This document shows positions 47,101 to 54,181 of a stretch of 64,000 bases of DNA, piece by piece. Position 1 is the first letter of the stretch. The number at the start of each line of letters is the position of its first letter. The stretch lies in IMG/VR virus record IMGVR_UViG_3300028388_003330, positions 1-64,000 of that record; one strand, written 5' to 3'. The DNA comes from a virus. The notes beneath the pieces are model-generated. The model was not told where the DNA came from. It was given only the letters and a program-made list of their open reading frames with translations, and did no database searches. A program made the translations under genes and the position numbers.

Positions 47101-48817
47101 ACATCATTACCGGGTCGTCCGCTTTTTCAAGCGCGACCTGATAACGCGTTCCAACGTTTACGATTTGCGCATGACCAAGGCGAAGGACATACTGCAAAAC
47201 ATCCCAAACGTTTGAGGCTGTATCAAAAACGCCGTTAAATACTAAAGAGTTGTCATCGCAATGATCGGCCCACTCTTGCCAAGAATCGATATCAAGACGA
47301 GACTCATCAATTCCTCCGCCATAACGCTTGTTCGTTAATATGTCATACGTTATCCAAGCGGGATTATTCGAAGCCTCATATGTCCAAGTGCCAACGTTAT
47401 TAACATAACGACGGACCTTTATATATTTGCCACCATGCAGATATGTAACGTTGGGAATTGAATTAACTTGATCTGAGGCGCGAAGCTTGACGGCAAGTAG
47501 AGCTGTGTGTCGATATGCGACCTTGTCATTTACGATTTCAGCCACATCGTCATAATTAACGATGTCAACCGTCTGTTCATCAGAAGACGGTGCATCACTG
47601 CGCCGGACGCGAATCTCATAAAAATCTTCAACCAGTTCTGGTGAAGTAAATGTTCTTTGAACGCGAGACCTTCCGCGACCAGAAATTGTAGTTGGTTCAG
47701 TAAAGTTGCCGATTTCTAACTTTTGACCAACAATTTGAAGAGTGGTGTCATCTTGAATAAGCCCGCTATCTAAAAGTGCGGTTCCCGCTCTAAGCGATGA
47801 CTCATAGGTATCGGTGTCAGTGTAATAATATTGCGTAACGTATGTGGTTACAGCGTCGAAATTATAAAGCGTTATCCACTCTGCATCCCCAAGCCGACGA
47901 TATTGACAATCTAAAGCAACTGTAACGGTTGCGACATCGCCATTATCTTTGTAATGCGCAAGACCAGCAGGCGCAGAGAAATCTACTCGAAATTGATCAA
48001 TTTCGGTTGTAGTTGTGTGAACTATCCAATCAACCTCATTTAATTCGATATTCTTTGCGTGCTCGGTGATATTCTGATTAAACCAAGGAATAACGGTCTG
48101 ACCGCCTGTACCCGGACGTACAGCAGTTTCCCAATCACTGAAATTTTCGATGGGTTGATCATTCAGTTTAATTTCCCCAACGCCAGCAATTGGACCTTCG
48201 CCAGCATTGAGAAGCATGTAAAGAATTTGATCATCGCCAGAATTAACCGTATGCAACGCAATTCGGTTTCCAGCGACTCTAAAGCGCCCATAAACCAAAG
48301 GAATAGGCACTTCTTCAGATGATGTGTTTTTGGGGCCTGCGAATCCATAGGAGGGACTATCGTCCGCATCTTGGAAATTCTTCGGCATAATTGGCTTTAT
48401 TGGCAACAGCGTATTGATCAGCAAACCGCCAATCATCGTGATGCCAGCGGTATACGCATAGCCGATGCCCGTTAGTGCCCCTGCAGCGGTTGCCCCACCC
48501 GGAAGCGCAAGAGCAATTTGGGGAGCAAAAATCGCAACAGCGAGAAACGCAACCAAGCGGAGAATGTTTTTGTCGTCACCGCCCTGCGGAACAGGACAAA
48601 CAACGATACTATCACCCGCCCTGACAGGAACCGAGTAAATTTCCTGCTCAGGAACTAAAGCGCCGTTAAGAGAAACAACAATCTCTTTGTAGGGCGAAGA
48701 AATGTATTCACCGAGATTCTTGCCTGACGACCATTCGGGCTTACTACGCGTATAATCCCGTGGATCAAACGGGTTGTTAATTACGGTGAGAAAAATTGTT
48801 TCAGTTTTCACCGACAT
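35153..48817 (-). CDS. Giant tail-tip / host-specificity protein (lambda I+J-like) with Fn3, carbohydrate-binding-like, ILEI-like and LamG modules
   Basis: GPKNT...IPLVYG, GEGPI, SNNPAW.YDILTNKRYG, ANEIEV.Y.D, DUF1983-like IAGIGL...ANQF; many internal modules. Confidence 0.92.
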   Translation of the reverse strand: MSVKTETIFLTVINNPFDPRDYTRSKPEWSSGKNLGEYISSPYKEIVVSLNGALVPEQEIYSVPVRAGDSIVVCPVPQGGDDKNILRLVAFLAVAIFAPQIALALPGGATAAGALTGIGYAYTAGITMIGGLLINTLLPIKPIMPKNFQDADDSPSYGFAGPKNTSSEEVPIPLVYGRFRVAGNRIALHTVNSGDDQILYMLLNAGEGPIAGVGEIKLNDQPIENFSDWETAVRPGTGGQTVIPWFNQNITEHAKNIELNEVDWIVHTTTTEIDQFRVDFSAPAGLAHYKDNGDVATVTVALDCQYRRLGDAEWITLYNFDAVTTYVTQYYYTDTDTYESSLRAGTALLDSGLIQDDTTLQIVGQKLEIGNFTEPTTISGRGRSRVQRTFTSPELVEDFYEIRVRRSDAPSSDEQTVDIVNYDDVAEIVNDKVAYRHTALLAVKLRASDQVNSIPNVTYLHGGKYIKVRRYVNNVGTWTYEASNNPAWITYDILTNKRYGGGIDESRLDIDSWQEWADHCDDNSLVFNGVFDTASNVWDVLQYVLRLGHAQIVNVGTRYQVALEKADDPVMMFNVGNIVEKSFKMTWLPMTDRANEIEVTYFDSENDYERTTLKVRDPSLLPTDDVKTARITLFGCTDKQQAVNEAVFQLNLNKYITKSITFDAPVESIACTVGSQILVQHNLPNWEYSGRLEANSTVSVVNLDQEVELLDGITYRLLINYDKISRATGTVSGVAVGGGIVWLNSYDGNTNVTRAVINGVDHRIRRVVYDDGSGNYGVEIENTIGIVAGHDYTIYDTDVIIERDITNAPGLTSSVTVASSLGSAPPKYAKFMLGPVTLVKRPFRVIAINGSGHEVRTIRAIEYNSAIYNVDNNIELPIYEAPQQIGQVVDLGVYQEYEKIGNSYLPVANLYWSYPASGVYGGADIHMSVDGAPYEKVGQVDMRTLEYRHRIPVGVSVFFKVVAFDIVGRRATFAGAPTIAFSSTARPDVTTPTNLTATAIGTIVSLSWTPPTGIYDEIVVYRSASDDNGTAVEIGRTKEATFTDAAVNQGISYFYWVKAVTTDGVYSDFNAVNGTQVAPPGQVQNLGLVSPFISDRFTVRWDELEEAYDYEVQVEINSAVVRISYTGDPSYTYTWADAQNDGQINRSITVRVKARLYSGTTGSSASIIVTNPQISSAPSNLFVNNAETQYAAGWDRVGDVDVGGYIVCASQTIGFTPNINTNKVYEGTGNGCLITANNGETWYVRVAAYDIWGKDNLTFSSEVSVVIEDFGITLADLQGQISESELTASLNSRINLIDTPTTGLDDRTTDLEGAVDTLQTQVAALEGTPDFDANTEYFVDDIVAYNGSLYRCIQDTTAVFPPSPLPTDTAYWTKIGDYSSLGDAVAAHSIAISDLETTVEDSERGVVANANRLDAVQASIDDSETGLSASAQAIDNLETTVYIDQAGTLSSHTQAIQALEATASNSGNLIFQETWEDANALNYWITRQGTGELSIQTAADSYMGGKFLRIGDNSGDDLHWLAHNSLIPFDPERIYKWTVIIRRTAGTGTFYAGFEGIASDGTTYVNINGDNVFNNQHYHTTGGGKSTIAATWEVITGYTKGYGSPLGDYSGASTAEAPHLAHENVRYMRPVFIANYGGVAGTTEVGAIMLEDATADYAIDTRASITYVDDAIADEQQARATALTQLDTDYKAADAGLQTNIDAKASITYVDDVISDEQQARATALSQLDADYKAADSLIADDVTDLQNGVPIGDFDKVSLPAVETVYNVDLKIHNGSGTTAAFKIFEYTNTGNYHGLALSGRVRYGTRAGRQDNSADVDISVFTNSNGLVHDGIGTFVGTAVYRWRNDVEIPDRLAVYHDPTANKTTIYVLNLENAKEIAGRVQVSVYGVVGNSWIDTRQDAVADAIGDHTYTPAGYEVVPVYSDWGYNDLSSSKASITYVDTAVSNETTARATAISQLETDYQTADDGLQADIDLKASITYVDDVISDEQTARAESIQQLSALTDVRSDEPSYINAQALTSPRVVLGSSGDQTIRIAALEDGTYIYQNSVETAGPLDAMSVITRTASLGDIFTANKPTQFELQDRGDQVPAFSDCGRYFGHYYNRYSPVTLYFYAVSGSAVVKINNAGTPLYDFSSPTATVTVPSGTVQTWSTTVTEPAFVIIESSSDIVAFAEGNAGDYTCLLPMAREILAARYTSVIYDSVNSSYEKTSLGNSHYITSPGLVQTTAIGDSAGGDCEPAISTKMLGDTYLIAHNVSDYVVAAVEPCVITVIDSTGVVATHDLSYASRDNVGKVEVGNIGGVDPTLYSGPVRFEGTAPFMLRLNNLSDDEYVARGMRRALRDYDGLGIAAVQREAKARADKDGLLSSEYTVKVEARAADGKTAIAGIGLSVENDQSGTTSSEVAILANQFSILDPNGVDVSVPFIVRNGVVYIDETYIQDGTISTAKIGDYIQSLNYTPTSGWRIDKSGSAEFSQITIRDSSGNIVLQSGGKINWDGINFSGGSVLDLDYTGALNANYITNTSELTDGAGLGDTANWDGVSGVPVALNRAALGSMHTGGFGDVRLLKNELGDGSANPGEIRITGTTFYHPDGTKRSITNDTQLNTAWEGGIKQDPFYIIYTDESPNTRFANNFGTAVEFFGAIYDIDTDTWQAVDNGNVKYTFTPLDTDCIVAIGRKWTTAAGTGIDVLSSLIATNTNLPADGATVGADFNSNVTNIPYDSIYTNDDSVALGFNPTFSDWPDGQTRPTGWNSYGVGTPVKETTLRRIGPYAVKFVVPAATNFGIVRTVSFYDTPLPADTFVSGAFDIYIENYVAGGRPGILVDLFYNTSGSYRRTPFTAPLTTTGWQKVPFTARLNPGEQIYRLQIHLMASYTGMSGGQFQGTVIFDNLRFAFFDKSIDNTVIELADDGTLSGAGGGKVTILGLGYTGELDADNTYNNSAGSGVNIADYRCSVFEDIFPTLVPVRATVSYDDTISYFGGHSLKISATDNDGYVLLAENASDWNVIIEPGKVWLFSCYVRSSLANSAVQLRAVRNSDGTTPGGSFTCAATPGDWKRITWTLDLSADTSTRLRLRIDNDGGAGCDLWVDGIMFEERVGALSNPSSYAIPGGGTTLYDDLSGTPTSLSEISTAEGTKLTNIEDGATVGQTKQEWYDALEAAFAAGSTLFTTGAINDSIPMSTTIASADTWTFNCPVAGKIIIGVLIRDAEGGVQLALNGTTIGANLHYNEVSSQPDNTSWWFYRVGDAVEGTNTIAIWASNADGAATENIVVKATPAWDVSAVSGMLPNWNLSINGPDGKPAGIEAVESTNSKAAFAWGDSTKTWMRISHANDASVAYGWPAIPIDDKQTYEVTIRHRAESVGTTGLYLRFNEKSSALAEGKTHIGAGGTSALTDTRTTFVSVYNNGQYPGTTWQEDTYTYTPTAGAKFASFAVYHWTATSRYYDVDAVQIRPIGGYEKGATVGATWGTNLDNMPPDEQLLNKYAPMGYNFCGDPGFIKYASGDTSFWNVTGGATVSATGAEDGGPCWQVVNPTATAYGQTCYTNRGEYIPLLQGEKLYCRARVYFSTDYNGTGFRIELNEKTSAGASTAVGSWPDLVSDDGGVTKGQWYWLEGSAAALQPDCRQVSVQIIVGACTGTVKVSHVEVSRVQPEATVGADWTANLSGRPLMYRVVTKGNQATYSAHGHGLYDEDDTQIQGIGRSYTMVVFNRTTGLRESGQTYDVYGSVANATTMAAALNALDNTKIVVVYGFDEPENNRLANGLDAAMYRCGASKAVYGSTNLFKNRSAYVLIGIPGCGEGNGFEAYAGEVDDDPDAWLDIPFSIYKGAPLVSALAKTNSSIYDLDYVGELDADSTYNNTAGSGVNIANYRYSVFENIFPTLAKASTATVSLDATVSYFGGHSLKIAATGDNGYVFLSDGATNYNIPIEPGKVWLFSCYVRSNTANAAVQLYTRRQLNDTYLGYNFTCAATPGDWKRITATIDLSADTTSTRLLLRVDNEGGAGCDVWFDGIMFEERVGALSNPSTYAIPGGGTTEYDDLSGTPTSLSEISTAEGTKLNNIEDGATVGADFWDNFTGYPDSLPNPTKLAGRWSFATDYSDDDSGEFKDATAKLGYVTLSNGANSVSVVQANLGKGVQIDSAGVKLAKNVDTAYATYPQQSWVFVFKAPSTPPPSGARIVTRDLSDGWGVSTSESTYDGNGKMNVSLAFGNPSTLTDAIYQDEWHCLIVTFDKDANELHYYMFHADGSYQTSTLGTTSSFTTTARAVAIGGNSEGDWDTSSLGSGVYYGGIFSEARYYREFWNRDQAWNMARACLQSAGSESGTFAFIDEINQSNVSTVIAAGAIGDAYIGNTIQSTNFVNVTSGWWINKNGNAQFNDIYARGNIEASSLKADSLEIVERGHIAELAVGTLQIDELAVTTLKIADRAVTIPTTNKFTTLTTVANTWTEYGYLTYTATGNEALITVSMRMVISSANGDGYDSLYMDLKRDDVHIYGGTQIARYREGGGDFITFVYMDVPPAGTRRYSVDLYVSNTYESGRNDIEVKVDDLIISALEVKK
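36624..37289 (-). repeat. Internal module duplication in the tail-tip gene, copy 2
   Basis: Visibly high nucleotide similarity to 39381-40040 (GELDAD.TYNN.AGSGVNIA...SLSEISTAEGTKL.NIEDGATVG). Confidence 0.85.
39381..40040 (-). repeat. Internal module duplication in the tail-tip gene, copy 1
   Basis: See 36624-37289. Confidence 0.85.
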
Positions 48818-49175
48818 ACTCGTATACGCCCATTATTTTATTAGACCAAACGCTCAAAGGCTCAATTACTACACCGCCAGACTTTTCCCATGTGTGAATA
48901 AACTTACCATTACCGATAAAGTAACCCACATGAAGATTGCCCGGTACGCGAAACAAAATTGACGCACCCTCTTTTAATTCACAAGTTTTCCACAGATGAA
49001 GATTACCCATCATCATGGCAGTAATCTCCGCGCCGTTTGAGGAACTTGGAAAATCTTTAATTTCAATGCCACGGCGTCGATGCAGAAGCATCAATAAACC
49101 ATAGCAGTCCAGCGCATTTTCATCGCGACCGCCATAAGCGAATGGAATGCCAATGAGATCTGCGTATTGTGACAT
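48801..49175 (-). CDS. NlpC/P60 tail-tip assembly protein (gpK-like)
   Basis: GIPF.YGGR...LDCYGL...HVG...FIH. Confidence 0.9.
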   Translation of the reverse strand: MSQYADLIGIPFAYGGRDENALDCYGLLMLLHRRRGIEIKDFPSSSNGAEITAMMMGNLHLWKTCELKEGASILFRVPGNLHVGYFIGNGKFIHTWEKSGGVVIEPLSVWSNKIMGVYEYVGEN

Positions 49176-49193
49176 TTATTTAGCCATCGCAGA

Positions 49194-49814
49194 TCAATAC
49201 TGATTAATGCCGGGAAAACCGCCAAAGTTAAGATTATTATCATGCGCGGAGCAGCCATTTGGGCCATCAAGCGTGTAATCGCATGATTCCATGACACCAG
49301 AATAACCACACTCTACGCTCTTATATGCCCAAGAGCATCGGCTTTTGATTTGTCTGCGACGCGGAAACGCCAAAGCAAGATGTGACTCCGTGCCAAGCGT
49401 CCACTTAACCACATAGTCATCAACGTCAGCCGAGATAACACGAAATGTCTCAACAATCTCCGGGTCACCATCAAGATTCCCGGTATTGATAACCATGAGA
49501 CGTACAACAAACCCCACACCACCGCCATAACCTTCCATCCGTTGCTTAATATCGCCAGTAAGGTCTTGAATGGTTAGGGTGACACTACTCTCTTCACCGG
49601 ATTCGGAACGAAGATCCGGAGTAAATGGGAAGGCAGTGTAAGTTTGACCGTTGAAAACGATATCCTCGTTGTTGTTAACGAGATACAGCGTTTCAATTAG
49701 CGTGCCGTTTGATTCGGTGACATCGATCTCAACCGCCGCTAGGAACGGAATATCCGAATCTATTCGGTTCTTTTCTTCAACGGTTGCAACAGAGATGTGG
49801 CTAGAGGATTTCAT
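49194..49814 (-). CDS. Minor tail protein L-like
   Basis: NNEDIVFNGQTY.AFPF; C-terminal C.W.YK..ECGY...C...C..H.N..NFGGFPG. Confidence 0.88.
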   Translation of the reverse strand: MKSSSHISVATVEEKNRIDSDIPFLAAVEIDVTESNGTLIETLYLVNNNEDIVFNGQTYTAFPFTPDLRSESGEESSVTLTIQDLTGDIKQRMEGYGGGVGFVVRLMVINTGNLDGDPEIVETFRVISADVDDYVVKWTLGTESHLALAFPRRRQIKSRCSWAYKSVECGYSGVMESCDYTLDGPNGCSAHDNNLNFGGFPGINQY

Positions 49815-49823
49815 AGGGAAAAG

Positions 49824-49841
49824 TATCTAATTGATGACTTA
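49824..49841. promoter_or_regulatory. Operator (TATCTAA-TTGA-TGACTTA) within a minus-strand promoter TTGACA-17-GATACT
   Basis: Direct reading of the minus strand. Confidence 0.65.
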
Positions 49842-49856
49842 TGGTGTCAAGCCGCA

Positions 49857-50222
49857 TCAAACCTCACGAAGCTTGATGCTCGTAACATCAAAATAATGCG
49901 TACCACCGACGCCCTTATACTTAAAATCCATTTCCTCTTCAAAGCGAACTGTGACCTCTTCAAGCGTTGTCGGAATCGTCCATGTAAAGCTCTTAGAGCC
50001 GCCCAACTGCGTGTTCCAGAACGTTTCCAGTAGCGCTCTATCCGCCTCTGAGATCTGCGTAAAACCCGTTTTAAACACTCTACGAGGGCGTCGCGTGTAT
50101 CGTGGGCGAGTTAGTTGATAGCCGCCATCGGTACTGGTTCGAATTGCGGGGTCTTCTTGACTAACCTCGAAATATTTCGAATCTTCCTTGGATGTCATTC
50201 CAGCAGGAGGGAAATCACTCAT
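49857..50222 (-). CDS. Distal tail protein (gpM-like)
   Basis: IRT..DGGY..TRPRYTR...GGSKSFTW; follows the tape measure gene. Confidence 0.8.
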   Translation of the reverse strand: MSDFPPAGMTSKEDSKYFEVSQEDPAIRTSTDGGYQLTRPRYTRRPRRVFKTGFTQISEADRALLETFWNTQLGGSKSFTWTIPTTLEEVTVRFEEEMDFKYKGVGGTHYFDVTSIKLREV

Positions 50223-53200
50223 CGCACTGCACCCCGAAGACCATCACGGAAACCACCAGGACGATTAGCGGCTTCCAATACAACGTCAAGAATCATCTGT
50301 CGCCCATCAAATTTAGTCTGACCTTGATTGGCTTTAACAGGCTGTCCGCTTTGATTGATGACATTCACCTGAACATTAGGAACCTGTTGACCGGTTAGCG
50401 TAACAGGGATGTTCTTGCCGTCAGGCAAAGGAACGTAGGCTTCGTTCATACGCCCTTCGCCAAATAGCGCCAACTGCGGACTGTCTGCGATACCGCCACT
50501 AGCGTATGAACGCAATGGCAACTTACCCGCAGGCGTCATAATGCCACCATCTGCGAATACAGGCGTTGGACCGCCGCCAAGACTAGAACTACCAATGAAG
50601 CTTCCGCCAAAGTCTGAAGCGCCAAACATTCCAGATACAGCACTCGAAAGAGCCGAAGTCAACGGCCCAACAATGTTTTTCTGAATCTGCAGTCGAATCA
50701 ATTCCCTGAGCATGGAAGTGATAAGATCGGCAAATTCAAACTTACCGGTTTCAACGAAATCCATAATGGCGTCGGTTGCGTTATTCGCAAAATCCACCCA
50801 CGCCTGCTCCATTTCATCCGTAATATCCTGCCAATCACGGTTAAGAGCTTGGATCGCGGTTTCGGTGTCGCGCATATACTGATCTCTGAGCGCATCAAGG
50901 AGCCCATACAGTTCGCGCTGCATGGCAACCTGCGCTTCAGAGTCACCTTCAAAATCAAGAAGGCGCTGTTCCAGTAATTCCTTTTCGTACTCGTATTCGG
51001 CTCTGCGCATCTCACGCTCTGTGAGTAGCCCTTGTCGAATAAGTCGTGCTCGTTCTTTGAAATTGAAGGCGTCCTGTAAAGCTTTCCTATCCTGCTCTAT
51101 CGTCAAGCCTTCCTGTAGTTCGCTGCGCAGTTCAGCGATTGCAGCTTCCGCCGCAGGACTCTTGGCAACTAGCGCATCCAGCCATTCAATCAACCCGCGA
51201 ATACGAGCCTCAACCGCAGTTTCATTGTTATAGCCAGACTCTAACTGACGGCGCATTTGCAACATTTTTTGCAAACCCGCCTCATTGCTTTTCTGTGTGC
51301 TATCAACAAGTTGGGTAATCTGAGTCGCCTGACGACGAGCCTCAATGGCGGCCTTGTAGGAGTTTTCCGCCTCTAAAACTTTCTCTTTTGCCTTATCCCA
51401 GGCTTTCGGATCACCAAGCAGTTGAACACCGGCTTTTCCAAACTGACCACTCTCAAGCATGAACTGGAACTTGGCAAGTTCGCCGTTCATTCCAGCCAGT
51501 TCTGCCTTAGCATCAATCGCTTTGTTCGCGAGACTATTCAGATAGGTTTCCAGCTTGTTGGCTTTCTTTTCTTCACCAGCGGAATCGGTAATAAAGACGT
51601 TAGCCAGCTCCATTGCCTTAAGTTCGCGAGCAGACTGTTCGCGGTGCTCTAGATACATCTCGCGCTCTACCGATAAACGCGCCTCAAGCTTTTTAATGCT
51701 ATCTTCTGCGCCTTGTTTACGCGCAGTCTCTAAAGCGGCTTCCGTTTCTTTCATCTCGCTAAGATATGCTTCGCCCATTTTGGCGTACATGGTCCTAGCG
51801 ATGTTGATCATGTTGGTTTTGTGCTGCTCGTTGGTAATCTCTTTTCTACGCAAGAATTCATCTTGAATTGCAGCGGTTGTCTGATATGCGTTCTTAGCCT
51901 CAACAAGTTGTTCAGACATTGCCTGACGGGCGTTTCGTTTTTCCCGAGTAGTTACTTGTCTAGAAAACGCCTCTTCGATTTGCGCAAATTTAATCCTAGC
52001 ATTCAGATACTTAGACCGAAGATCGGCAAGCTTTCGCATATCATCCTGACTTTTAGCGGTTCCATCGCGCTCTGCCTTTTCGATTCGCGTAAGAACGCGA
52101 TTATACTCACCTTCAATCTCGTTAAGAGCCTGTTTGGCTGTCACCACATCTTGTGAAGAAACAAAATTCAGATCCATTTCGCTGATGGTTTCTTCAGCCG
52201 TTTTAGCGGCGGAATCCAACGCATAGAAAAGTGTGGTGAACGCAATGAGAATCGGCGCTACGAGCCCCAGAGCAGATACCAAACCTCGGATTGCAAAGGT
52301 GAATGCGCCTATAGCAGCGGTTGTGGCGCTCAACGCGGTTGGAGCGGTCCTAATCGCAAACATCGCAACGCTTACATCTACGGCAAACTTTTTCATTGCC
52401 ATGCTAGAAGCGGCAATAGCGGGCACTACCGAAGCTCGTAATGCTCTGGAGAAATTCAACAGAGTGTTTATAGCAAAGGCGGTCGCTAACGCCTTGCCAA
52501 ACACCTTTATGGCATCCCAGTTATTGACAAGGAAATCAATGAATGATCTTAGACCTCTAACCATTGCAGCAAGAGCCTGACCAATGTTCTCTGCGACAGA
52601 TTTAAACTGCCCGTCGGCAAAAGCGTTAATCAGACTTTGAAATTCTTGTTTTGCGGCATCGAAGAAACCCGCTTGACCCACATCGTTCAAGAACACCATC
52701 CACTGTGTTCTCATCTGTTGCGTCATCCCGATCCAAGTAGACATCAGTTCAAAGGCAGCGCCTTCATAGTTACGACGGAACTCGCCGAACATCTTCTCAA
52801 GCGCCGACATTGACTCAACCGTACCCTTTGAAATGGCGTTAACCAATTCTCGGAAGGTCATGTTCATGGAACGGGCAAGCAATTGAATAGCTCTCGGAAC
52901 AGCTTCACCCAACTGCTGCCGAAGTTCTTCCATTGAGATGACGCCCTTACCCGCCATCTGCTGAATAGCGATAGTGGCTCGGTGTAGGATCTGATCGTTT
53001 CCACCGAAACGTGCTACCGAATCAAGAAGCGCCTGCATGCTGCCATTGGTCGGATCGATGCCAACAGAGCGGAATTTAACAAAGGTGTTGCCAAGCTCGT
53101 TGAGTGAGAACGGAGCCTCTTGCGCTTTTGTGATCAACCATTGAAGGTTCTCACCGGCTTCTTTTACACGCTCAGAAGCGGTTGCCGCCTCCGACATACC

Positions 53201-53497
53201 CTCAAGAAGCTTGCCCATACGCTCAAGCGTGGCGTTGGCATCAATAATCTGCTGCTGCCAATCCCAAACAACAGCACGCATGTTAACCAGCGCATGACGA
53301 GCAAGACCGGTGATTGTAACGAAATCACGCATCTTCCCTGAAAAACTAGTGACATGCCGCTCCATGCGACGCACAGAGTTGGCAGTCCTGTCGAGATTGA
53401 CGCCAAGGGTTCGAACCGTTTTACCAGCAACTCGGGTGCGCTCAACAAAACCACTGTCGTTAAGCTCAAGCTCTACTTTGATTCTGCTGGTAGCCAT
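50219..53497 (-). CDS. Tape measure protein
   Basis: APFSL...AIQQMAGKGVISMEELRQQLGE tape-measure domain; C-terminal FADGGI...GEG..EAYVPL. Confidence 0.93.
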   Translation of the reverse strand: MATSRIKVELELNDSGFVERTRVAGKTVRTLGVNLDRTANSVRRMERHVTSFSGKMRDFVTITGLARHALVNMRAVVWDWQQQIIDANATLERMGKLLEGMSEAATASERVKEAGENLQWLITKAQEAPFSLNELGNTFVKFRSVGIDPTNGSMQALLDSVARFGGNDQILHRATIAIQQMAGKGVISMEELRQQLGEAVPRAIQLLARSMNMTFRELVNAISKGTVESMSALEKMFGEFRRNYEGAAFELMSTWIGMTQQMRTQWMVFLNDVGQAGFFDAAKQEFQSLINAFADGQFKSVAENIGQALAAMVRGLRSFIDFLVNNWDAIKVFGKALATAFAINTLLNFSRALRASVVPAIAASSMAMKKFAVDVSVAMFAIRTAPTALSATTAAIGAFTFAIRGLVSALGLVAPILIAFTTLFYALDSAAKTAEETISEMDLNFVSSQDVVTAKQALNEIEGEYNRVLTRIEKAERDGTAKSQDDMRKLADLRSKYLNARIKFAQIEEAFSRQVTTREKRNARQAMSEQLVEAKNAYQTTAAIQDEFLRRKEITNEQHKTNMINIARTMYAKMGEAYLSEMKETEAALETARKQGAEDSIKKLEARLSVEREMYLEHREQSARELKAMELANVFITDSAGEEKKANKLETYLNSLANKAIDAKAELAGMNGELAKFQFMLESGQFGKAGVQLLGDPKAWDKAKEKVLEAENSYKAAIEARRQATQITQLVDSTQKSNEAGLQKMLQMRRQLESGYNNETAVEARIRGLIEWLDALVAKSPAAEAAIAELRSELQEGLTIEQDRKALQDAFNFKERARLIRQGLLTEREMRRAEYEYEKELLEQRLLDFEGDSEAQVAMQRELYGLLDALRDQYMRDTETAIQALNRDWQDITDEMEQAWVDFANNATDAIMDFVETGKFEFADLITSMLRELIRLQIQKNIVGPLTSALSSAVSGMFGASDFGGSFIGSSSLGGGPTPVFADGGIMTPAGKLPLRSYASGGIADSPQLALFGEGRMNEAYVPLPDGKNIPVTLTGQQVPNVQVNVINQSGQPVKANQGQTKFDGRQMILDVVLEAANRPGGFRDGLRGAVR

Positions 53498-53501
53498 TGT
53501 C

Positions 53502-53825
53502 TTACCCCGTTTTCGCCATTCTCTTCAGTTCTGACCAACCCTCTGTGTCGAGCTTTTCTTCCTGTTTCACCACCGACGCAAGCTCAACCTCCAGAGTCTT
53601 CCGGAATTCTTTGGCGGCTTCAGGGTGATTAGAGTGAACGTTTACAGACAGCGACCGTATGTCAGATTCCGCCATGACACGCGTAATTTGCCCATTAAGG
53701 CTCCAAAACGCTTTGACGGGCATGTTCATGACATCGGCGTAATTGGCATGGAAGAAGTGCATGTACCGCGCCAGCAGAAAGGAGAAATCGACTTCTTCGA
53801 CGGCGCTGTCATTTTTCAGTTTCCC
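53502..53825 (-). CDS. Tail assembly chaperone gpGT extension (-1 frameshift product)
   Basis: The -1 frame from G GGA AAC reads KLKNDSAVEEVDFSFLLARY into MHFFHANY. Confidence 0.8.
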   Translation of the reverse strand, partial: GKLKNDSAVEEVDFSFLLARYMHFFHANYADVMNMPVKAFWSLNGQITRVMAESDIRSLSVNVHSNHPEAAKEFRKTLEVELASVVKQEEKLDTEGWSELKRMAKTG

Positions 53826-54124
53826 TTGGGGGATTCCTCTTCGCCAACCTGCTCGCCTCGGGCGAAATCAAGAATCGCCGTAAGTTGAGAAAGATTAAGC
53901 GCGTCAAGCTTTTCTTTCGGGCAAGTTGGAAAGCGCCGCTGAATCATCTCAATACTGAGCCTTACCTGCTCAGACAGCGGCATATCCTCATCCATAAGAC
54001 TCTCGTTGCTTGTTACTTCAACGAATTCCTTGACCGACATTTCGACCATCGGGTACTCGACACCGCCGAGCACCAGAGCACGTTCCTCACCTGCGAAATC
54101 ATCAAGGTTCAGCAATTTAGCCAT
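53816..54124 (-). CDS. Tail assembly chaperone gpG
   Basis: Between tail tube and tape measure; ends in slippery GGGAAAC (53819-53825) just before TGA. Confidence 0.85.
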   Translation of the reverse strand: MAKLLNLDDFAGEERALVLGGVEYPMVEMSVKEFVEVTSNESLMDEDMPLSEQVRLSIEMIQRRFPTCPKEKLDALNLSQLTAILDFARGEQVGEEESPKGN

Positions 54125-54147
54125 TGCTTTTACTCCGTTAGAGTTAC

Positions 54148-54169
54148 AGCCCCTCCTAATGGAGGGGCT
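54148..54169 (-). terminator. Hairpin after the major tail gene
   Basis: AGCCCCTCC-TAAT-GGAGGGGCT. Confidence 0.55.
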
Positions 54170-54181
54170 TGGTTAGGGCGA

